DNA of 29,503 nucleotides from a virus. The notes below the pieces were generated by a model. The model was not told the origin of the DNA, did no database searches, and saw only the letters and a list, made by a program, of their open reading frames with translations. How positions within the stretch are numbered: position 1 is the stretch's first letter; each line of letters opens with the position of its first letter. The stretch spans positions 1 to 29,503 of the IMG/VR virus record IMGVR_UViG_3300014962_000003; one strand, written 5' to 3'. Shown in pieces: positions 23,364 to 28,763 of the stretch. The translations under genes and the position numbers were made by a program.

Positions 23364-23401
23364 GCCCCGCCAGTACCTCTCTCTGGCGGGGCATTTCTTT
23401 T
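23364..23401 (+). terminator. Strong rho-independent terminator ending the late/lysis operon.
   Basis: gccccgccag-tacctctct-ctggcggggc gives a perfect 10-bp stem, then atttctttt. Confidence 0.8.
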
Positions 23402-23411
23402 GCCTGAAATG

Positions 23412-23441
23412 TTGCTTATTGTCGGTGGGCGGGTCTAGTAT
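23412..23441 (+). promoter_or_regulatory. Early promoter candidate (-35 TTGCTT, 18-bp spacer, -10 TAGTAT).
   Basis: Located between the late terminator and the first early gene (ATG 23468, Shine-Dalgarno GAGAGAGG). Confidence 0.35.
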
Positions 23442-23467
23442 TTAGTCAGCCTAGAGAGAGGATATTT

Positions 23468-23662
23468 ATGGCTACGAAATCGACTCCACCGCTGAAGCGG
23501 GATGAAATCTGGTCGCAGTCTGCCGACGAGTTTAATCAGTGGCAGCTTATCGACCGTCAGGAACGCTATCAGGAGCGTTTATTCTGGTTGGCGCTATGTA
23601 CGGGTGCTATCACTTTCGGTGCGTTCTGTTTCGCGCTGGGGGCGATTGTGGCTGGCTTATGA
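23468..23662 (+). CDS. Small membrane protein (one C-terminal TM segment).
   Basis: Good Shine-Dalgarno. LFWLALCTGAITFGAFCFALGAIVAGL. Confidence 0.55.
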   Translation: MATKSTPPLKRDEIWSQSADEFNQWQLIDRQERYQERLFWLALCTGAITFGAFCFALGAIVAGL

Positions 23663-24297
23663 TTACCGCAGATAGGTTTGTTGCTCGCTCGTCGGATCGT
23701 GTGGCGTGGCTTGAAGCTAGGCGTAATTCGATTAGTGCGACGACGGTGGCGAAGGCTTGCACTCCTGCGGGTTTTCGTCAGGTGATTGAGGATATGGTCA
23801 CGCCGCGTGAGATTGTGCCGAATGATGTGATGCGGTGGGGTGTGGAGCGTGAACCGTTTATCGCCCAAAGGGTGAAAGAGTTGATGGGGATTATGCCCAA
23901 TGACTGGCTTATCTCTTATGATGCTGGAACGCGGGCATGGATGACTGCAACACCTGACGGGTTGTCGCTCGACCATACGAAGATTGGCGAATATAAAACT
24001 TCGGGTAAGCCGCTTGACCAGATACCAGTTCACTATCTGCGTCAAGTGCAGTGGCAGCTTCATGTGACTGGTGCAGAGCGTTGCCTGTTCGCCTACGAGC
24101 TACGGCTCGAGCGTGACGGCAAGTTCTACCCTGGGATTGATATTGAGACCCAGTGGGTTGACCGTGACGAAAAGATGATTAAAGAACTTGTCTCGGTGGC
24201 TGAACAGTTGCAGCAGAATCTTGTCTACCGTGACTGGGATGAGATGCAGATGATAGAGAGTGAGTGGGGCGAAGCTCCGAGAGAGGAAATGAAGTAA
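23659..24297 (+). CDS. YqaJ-like recombination exonuclease (lambda Exo / PD-(D/E)xK family).
   Basis: ATGA coupling. ARRNSISATTVAKA, WGVEREP, TPDGL...IGEYKT and RQVQWQLHVTG fit the YqaJ pattern. Confidence 0.7.
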   Translation: MITADRFVARSSDRVAWLEARRNSISATTVAKACTPAGFRQVIEDMVTPREIVPNDVMRWGVEREPFIAQRVKELMGIMPNDWLISYDAGTRAWMTATPDGLSLDHTKIGEYKTSGKPLDQIPVHYLRQVQWQLHVTGAERCLFAYELRLERDGKFYPGIDIETQWVDRDEKMIKELVSVAEQLQQNLVYRDWDEMQMIESEWGEAPREEMK

Positions 24298-24803
24298 TGG
24301 CTCAGTTCAATTTGGAAAACTACGAAACCGTTGAGGAACGCATTACGCGCTTCTATGAGGCGTATCCTGACGGCCGGATTATGACCTACGACTATTCGAG
24401 CGAGGATGACCGTGCCCATTCGGTGTGGCGTGTTCGTGCCGAAATATTCCTGAATGTGGGGGATCAGGCGGCCGAGTTGCCTAAGTCTGTCGGTCACGCT
24501 TTCGAAGTTGACGGTGCGGGGATGACGCAGAAGGCTAGTGCGCTGGAGACTTGCGAGACTTCCGCAATTGGTCGTGCGCTTGCGAATATGGGCATGAGTG
24601 GTAATCGCCGCACTACGCGCGATGAGATGGAGAAAGTGAAGCGTATTGCTGATGCGCCTGTACCGTCTGACCTTGATGTTCGTTTGAAGGCTTGTGAGTC
24701 TCAGGCTGAACTTGATGATTTGTATGCTCAGGCTCTTGCTGGCGGCTGGTGGACTCCCGAAGTGCAAGCAAAGTTTAAGAAGCGGAAGGGAGAGCTGAAG
24801 TGA
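24297..24803 (+). CDS. Single-strand annealing protein candidate (Rad52/Sak-like).
   Basis: TAATG coupling to the exonuclease. QKASALETCETSAIGRALANMGM resembles the conserved Rad52-like SSAP helix. Confidence 0.45.
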   Translation: MAQFNLENYETVEERITRFYEAYPDGRIMTYDYSSEDDRAHSVWRVRAEIFLNVGDQAAELPKSVGHAFEVDGAGMTQKASALETCETSAIGRALANMGMSGNRRTTRDEMEKVKRIADAPVPSDLDVRLKACESQAELDDLYAQALAGGWWTPEVQAKFKKRKGELK

Positions 24804-24898
24804 GCGAACATAAATGCGATTCGTGCGGCAAGTGGGCTGTAAGTTTATGGCGGTCGAAAGACGGCGGTCTTTATTGTGCAGAATGTTGGGGTAAATGA
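24800..24898 (+). CDS. Zinc-ribbon mini-protein (32 aa).
   Basis: GTGA coupling. VSEHKCDSCGKWAVSLWRSKDGGLYCAECWGK has CxxC...CxxC. Its stop overlaps the next ATG (ATGA). Confidence 0.45.
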   Translation: MSEHKCDSCGKWAVSLWRSKDGGLYCAECWGK

Positions 24899-25131
24899 TG
24901 GATAGGGAAGTGTTGCAGCGGCGGCTGTCTGATGCGGCATCGCGTTTAGAGGATTGGCTTGAAGCGCACGAACATTTTGACGAGGTTTCCGCGTCGGATT
25001 GTGAGCGGTTTCAGTATGAGATGAACCAGGCGGTGTTGAAACAATTGCTTTGGTGTGCGGATTATGACCCGTTTGATGAGGATTCTCAACAGTTCGCTTT
25101 GGTGGTGGAGACTTATTGTGTTGACGCCTGA
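24895..25131 (+). CDS. Hypothetical acidic protein (78 aa).
   Basis: Coupled ORF; no motif recognised. Confidence 0.5.
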   Translation: MMDREVLQRRLSDAASRLEDWLEAHEHFDEVSASDCERFQYEMNQAVLKQLLWCADYDPFDEDSQQFALVVETYCVDA

Positions 25132-25444
25132 TGCTATCCGGCAAGAACTGTTTATGGTCGGTAAAGAGCTGTCAAAGGCTGCTGACGCTATCTACCAGTA
25201 TGAGGTTGACGCTGAAAAAGATGACATGTCGGTGCAGTTGGAGTTTGATAAAGAGTTTCTGTTGGCGGCGGGTTCTGTCGAGGATCGTAAGGCTCATGCG
25301 CGGGCGGTTTCGGCTGAGTCGAAGGCGGCCGCTATCGTGTCGCGGGCTGTCTATAACAGGGCGAGGATGAAAGCGAAACATTTGGAGCTTGAACAGATGC
25401 GGCTCATGGCGGTTTTGAAGTCTGTGCAGGGTGAGGGTGCGTGA
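25118..25444 (+). CDS. Hypothetical helical protein.
   Basis: GTG 25118 overlaps the upstream ORF's end; ATG 25166 is an alternative start. No motif recognised. Confidence 0.45.
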   Translation: MLTPDAIRQELFMVGKELSKAADAIYQYEVDAEKDDMSVQLEFDKEFLLAAGSVEDRKAHARAVSAESKAAAIVSRAVYNRARMKAKHLELEQMRLMAVLKSVQGEGA

Positions 25445-25676
25445 CCTTGAGTGGATGGACTACGCGAGCTGTGCTGAGGTAGTTCCTGACCTTTTCTTTG
25501 TCGAGCCAAACCAGCGGGCTGATGCTGAGTTGGCGAAACAGTTTTGTCGTCGTTGTCCGGTTCGTAAGCAGTGTTTGGAGTATGCGGTGTCGAATAAGTT
25601 TGTTGATGGTATTTGGGGTGGTACTACGGGGAATGAGCGGGCAAGGATTTGGCGGGCGAAAAAGTCTGAAAAATAA
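25431..25676 (+). CDS. whiB: WhiB-family transcription factor (4Fe-4S Wbl).
   Basis: Four Cys residues (C..., CRRCPVRKQC) plus the GIWGG turn and a basic tail RARIWRAKK. The start could be 25431, 25437 or 25455. Confidence 0.8.
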   Translation: MRVRDLEWMDYASCAEVVPDLFFVEPNQRADAELAKQFCRRCPVRKQCLEYAVSNKFVDGIWGGTTGNERARIWRAKKSEK

Positions 25677-25684
25677 TTGTGTTT

Positions 25685-25690
25685 TAGACT
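25685..25690 (+). promoter_or_regulatory. -10 box TAGACT(TG), third copy of the motif.
   Basis: ttTAGACTtg in the 81-bp intergenic gap upstream of ATG 25758. Confidence 0.35.
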
Positions 25691-25757
25691 TGCGCGTGTA
25701 ATACATCGGGTGTATGTTTTTCATATAGGCAGAAAGCCTAAAGAGAGAGGAAACAAA

Positions 25758-25895
25758 ATGGACACAACCGTAATCTACAAAGACTTCAGCACCGAGCGTG
25801 GCGCACTTGCTTATGTTGCTCGCAGCGCAGCTAAATATGGTGTCGAGCTTGTCGTTGCATACCGTGGCGGCACATACTATGTGGAAAGCAAGTAA
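25758..25895 (+). CDS. Hypothetical small protein (45 aa).
   Basis: Strong Shine-Dalgarno AGAGAGAGGAAAC. MDTTVIYKDFSTERGALAYVARSAAKYGVELVVAYRGGTYYVESK. Confidence 0.5.
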   Translation: MDTTVIYKDFSTERGALAYVARSAAKYGVELVVAYRGGTYYVESK

Positions 25896-25904
25896 GGGGG
25901 AATT

Positions 25905-26063
25905 ATGAATACTCCGATTCGTACTATTCGTGTTCCTGACTATTTATGGGATGCCGCGAAGTCTGCCGCAGAATATGAAGATTTGACTATTTCGGATGTG
26001 GTTCGGGATATGTTGATGCAGTATGTTCGTCTGATTGATGAAGAGCGGGCTAATGCGGTCTGA
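25905..26063 (+). CDS. Ribbon-helix-helix (CopG/Arc-like) DNA-binding protein (52 aa).
   Basis: Shine-Dalgarno AAGGGGG. PIRTIRVPDYLWDAAKSAAEYEDLTISDVVRDMLMQYV fits beta-strand, helix, helix. Confidence 0.55.
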   Translation: MNTPIRTIRVPDYLWDAAKSAAEYEDLTISDVVRDMLMQYVRLIDEERANAV

Positions 26064-26172
26064 ACGGTATTTGCTGGTGCGTGGTCTTGTACGATTGGCT
26101 GTGCTGGTTGCTGGTGCTGTGCTGGCTGCTGGCGGGTTGTGGCTGCTGGTTAGTTTGGCGGCGTGTTGGTAA
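26053..26172 (+). CDS. Possible 39-aa hydrophobic peptide.
   Basis: MRSERYLLVRGLVRLAVLVAGAVLAAGGLWLLVSLAACW. Overlaps the RHH gene's 3' end and the methyltransferase start. Confidence 0.3.
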   Translation: MRSERYLLVRGLVRLAVLVAGAVLAAGGLWLLVSLAACW

Positions 26173-26738
26173 TCCCAGAGAATCCGCGTATCGGATCACT
26201 GTTTAGTGGTTATGGCGGCCTTGACGAGGGGGTGAAGGCTGTTATCGGCGGTGAGGTGGTTTGGCATTGTGAGTGGGATGATGCGCCTTCAAAGATTCTT
26301 GAGGTGCGTTATCCTGGCGTTCCTAACTATCGGGATGTTTCTCAGGTGGATTGGTCGAGCGTTCCTGCTGTCGATGTTTTAACAGGCGGGTTTCCTTGCC
26401 AAGATGTGTCTCTTGCTGGTGCTAGGCGCGGTTTGGCTGAAGGTACTAGGTCGGGTTTGTGGTCGGAGTTTGCGAAAGCTATCGGGGTTTTGCACCCTAG
26501 TTTGGTGGTTATAGAGAATGTCAGAGGGTTACTTAGTGCAAGCGCCTCTAGCGATATGGAGCACTGTGCGTGGTGTTTGGGAGACGAGCCGGATGAACCT
26601 GTTTTGCGGGCACTTGGGGCCGTTCTTGGAGACTTGGCCGACCTCGGGTATGATGCGGAATGGCAGGGTGTTCGCGCCGCTGATGCGGGAGCGCCTCACA
26701 ACAGGTTTAGGGTTTTCATCGTCGCCTATCCCAGATGA
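26163..26738 (+). CDS. DNA (cytosine-5) methyltransferase, N-terminal part (motifs I-VIII). The frame ends prematurely.
   Basis: Motif I LFSGYGGLDEG, motif IV GGFPCQDVSLAG, motif VI VVIENVRGL, motif VIII GAPHNRFRVFIVA. TGA at 26736-26738. Confidence 0.8.
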   Translation: MLVIPENPRIGSLFSGYGGLDEGVKAVIGGEVVWHCEWDDAPSKILEVRYPGVPNYRDVSQVDWSSVPAVDVLTGGFPCQDVSLAGARRGLAEGTRSGLWSEFAKAIGVLHPSLVVIENVRGLLSASASSDMEHCAWCLGDEPDEPVLRALGAVLGDLADLGYDAEWQGVRAADAGAPHNRFRVFIVAYPR

Positions 26739-26742
26739 TTCG

Positions 26743-27558
26743 ATGTTGCGTACTCCTTCAGCGATTGAGGGTGAGGGTGGCGCGATTAGTGAGGATGATG
26801 CGCGGGCTAAGGGGCGTATGGTTCAGGTTCGTGATCAGGTTGCTCAGTTGGCGTTTGAGAATGGTTTGCGTGTTCCTGATGGGGTTGCTTCGAGCTTGTT
26901 GCCTACTCCAGCGGCAAGTCAGTTTAATGATTCTGAGGATGTGTCTACTTGGTTGAATAGGCGCGAGCAGGTTAAGTTAACTCTCAATAATGGGAATGGT
27001 TTTGGTACTCCGCTGAATATTGCTGTTCGTTTATTGCCTACTCCTCAGACTATGGATGGATTGCCAGCGCGGTCGCCTGAGAAGATTGCTGAAAGTAAGG
27101 AGCGCACACCGGCTGGGTACAGTAATTTGCGTGAATCGGTCGTGAATGATTTGCTTCCTACGCCTATGACTTCTGAAGCGCGACAAACTAATTCGCCAGG
27201 AGGTTGGAATAGAAACAGTCCACCTTTAGGCACTATGGTTCATGCTACTGATTGGGGTAAGTTTCAGCCAGCTATTGAACGCTGGGAGCAGGTTATTGGC
27301 CGTGAAGCTCCTGCGCCGACAAAGCCTGACGGTAAAGATGGCGCACACCGGCTGTCTAGTAAGTTGACTGAGTGGATGATGGGGCTTCCTGACGGGTGGA
27401 TTACTTCGGTAGGGTTGACCCGTAATGAGGAGTTGAAAGCTTGCAGTAATGGTGTTGTTCCCCAACAGGCGGCACTAGCATTATCTATCTTGCTGAATAA
27501 GCCCGTAGAGAGAGAGAGAGAGAGAAGTGATGAAGCTTCCCACACCAACGGTGTCTGA
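26743..27558 (+). CDS. DNA (cytosine-5) methyltransferase, C-terminal part (target-recognition region plus motifs IX-X), in the +1 frame.
   Basis: This frame is open from 26518. ATG 26743 lies 4 nt after the upstream stop. Contains repeated LLPTP modules, TEWMMGLPDGW and the motif X-like SNGVVPQQAALA. Confidence 0.7.
   Translation: MLRTPSAIEGEGGAISEDDARAKGRMVQVRDQVAQLAFENGLRVPDGVASSLLPTPAASQFNDSEDVSTWLNRREQVKLTLNNGNGFGTPLNIAVRLLPTPQTMDGLPARSPEKIAESKERTPAGYSNLRESVVNDLLPTPMTSEARQTNSPGGWNRNSPPLGTMVHATDWGKFQPAIERWEQVIGREAPAPTKPDGKDGAHRLSSKLTEWMMGLPDGWITSVGLTRNEELKACSNGVVPQQAALALSILLNKPVERERERSDEASHTNGV
27507..27525. repeat. Dinucleotide microsatellite (AG)9+A inside the 3' end of the methyltransferase ORF.
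   Basis: gt AGAGAGAGAGAGAGAGAG A agtg, encoding ..ERERER... Confidence 0.95.
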
Positions 27559-27658
27559 TACTTTCACCAGTAATCTTGCGAGTTCGCAGCAGAAGGATGG
27601 CAGTATGCATTCGGTTACTTTGCCGCAGATTGTGGAGCGGATTCATGGCACGAAGTAG
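27530..27658 (+). CDS. Small ORF (42 aa) carrying another LPTP module.
   Basis: MKLPTPTVSDTFTSNLASSQQKDGSMHSVTLPQIVERIHGTK. It starts 5 nt after the GA tract, in the frame reached by gaining one GA unit, and overlaps the next gene's start. Confidence 0.35.
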   Translation: MKLPTPTVSDTFTSNLASSQQKDGSMHSVTLPQIVERIHGTK

Positions 27659-28010
27659 GGCTTCTGCGAAGGCGGCCGGATCATCATTCGAACGGCTGAT
27701 TGCTGACTGGCTGGCTATGAATATTGACGACCGTATCGACCGGCGTGTAAGGTCTGGCGCTCAAGATAAGGGCGACCTGGCGAATGTTCGCGCCTACGAT
27801 AACCGAAAGATAACTTGCGAGCTAAAGAATGTGACTCGCCAGGATTTGCCTGGCTGGTTGCGTGAGGCTGAGACGGAACGCCAGAATGCGGGGGATGATT
27901 TGGCTGTTGTGATTCATAAACGGTTTGGGAATGGTAAAGCTGGTGAGCAGTATGTGACTATGACTGTCAAGACTTTTGCAGAGTTTTTGCGGAAGGATGA
28001 CGGGCTATGA
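27645..28010 (+). CDS. PD-(D/E)xK nuclease (Holliday-junction-resolvase-like).
   Basis: ATG 27645. GSSFERLIADWL...DKGDL...TCELKN gives a D...E-x-K core. Confidence 0.55.
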   Translation: MARSRASAKAAGSSFERLIADWLAMNIDDRIDRRVRSGAQDKGDLANVRAYDNRKITCELKNVTRQDLPGWLREAETERQNAGDDLAVVIHKRFGNGKAGEQYVTMTVKTFAEFLRKDDGL

Positions 28011-28441
28011 GCATCGGCCGTAAATCGCGTTCTCAGGTGTCGAAAAACCGGCAGCAAGTATTCACCCGTGACCATGAGTGTTGTGTCGTTCAAGGTTCGT
28101 TGTGGGCGCGCCTAGAGCCTTGCCGTGGACAGTTGACGGTACAGCATCGGGTTGGCCGCGGCATGGGTGGTTCAGCGAAATATGATGCGCCAGAATATAT
28201 GGTTGCGATGTGCGCACACCATAACCAGTTGCAGACTTCGAGTGCCGAGTTTGCGAAAGCGTGTGAACGGCTCGGCTGGTCGGTGCGCCGATCTGTTGCC
28301 GACCTATATTCGGTGACGGGTATTCCCGTGTTTTATGGCTGTGAGGGCTGGTATCTATTGACGACGGATTTCCGGCGGGTGCTTATCTCGAATGAGGAAG
28401 CCGAGGAATACATGGCGCTTCTTTACGGCAAGTCTGACTGA
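28007..28441 (+). CDS. HNH-type endonuclease-like protein.
   Basis: ATGA coupling. Cys pairs plus QHRVGRGMGG...MCAHHNQL resemble an HNH core. Confidence 0.5.
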   Translation: MSIGRKSRSQVSKNRQQVFTRDHECCVVQGSLWARLEPCRGQLTVQHRVGRGMGGSAKYDAPEYMVAMCAHHNQLQTSSAEFAKACERLGWSVRRSVADLYSVTGIPVFYGCEGWYLLTTDFRRVLISNEEAEEYMALLYGKSD

Positions 28442-28447
28442 CGGTGG

Positions 28448-28453
28448 TATTAT
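28448..28453 (+). promoter_or_regulatory. -10-like TATTAT.
   Basis: ggtggTATTATga in the intergenic gap upstream of the replication module. Confidence 0.25.
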
Positions 28454-28472
28454 GAACCTACAAATAAAAAGT

Positions 28473-28503
28473 GCCCGCCGCGAAGTGGAAGCTTCCGACG
28501 GGC
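28473..28503 (+). other. Imperfect stem-loop. Could be an I-shaped terminator, an attenuator or a protein-binding site.
   Basis: gcccgccgcgaag-tggaag-cttccgacgggc gives 11 pairs with one mismatch and one bulge. No T-tract follows. Confidence 0.3.
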
Positions 28504-28526
28504 TGACCAGCTAACAAGGAGCTGAT

Positions 28527-28763
28527 ATGCCTAGCATACCTATAAACACAAGCCGACGCGATACGGCTCTACAATATCTCGCATTATCTGCCCGCAAACT
28601 CAGCGAGGCGACAACACTCGAACAGTCTCTTATTGAGGCGAAACAGCGGCTGCGTTATATTCAGCTTGCAATAACTCACGGATGTACCGAGAACGAGCTG
28701 CGAATGGCGCTTGGAGTATCGGTACAACACTTGCGCGAACTTGTTGCACTCGAGGTGAACTAA
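28527..28763 (+). CDS. Small HTH-like DNA-binding protein.
   Basis: AAGGAG Shine-Dalgarno. C-terminal TENELRMALGVSVQHLRELV looks like a helix-turn-helix. Its TAA overlaps the initiator ATG. Confidence 0.5.
   Translation: MPSIPINTSRRDTALQYLALSARKLSEATTLEQSLIEAKQRLRYIQLAITHGCTENELRMALGVSVQHLRELVALEVN

Noticed and set aside
28452-28511. 19-codon ORF (MNLQIKSARREVEASDGLTS) in the intergenic region.
   Set aside because: It has no Shine-Dalgarno and coincides with a stem-loop. It is too short to support.
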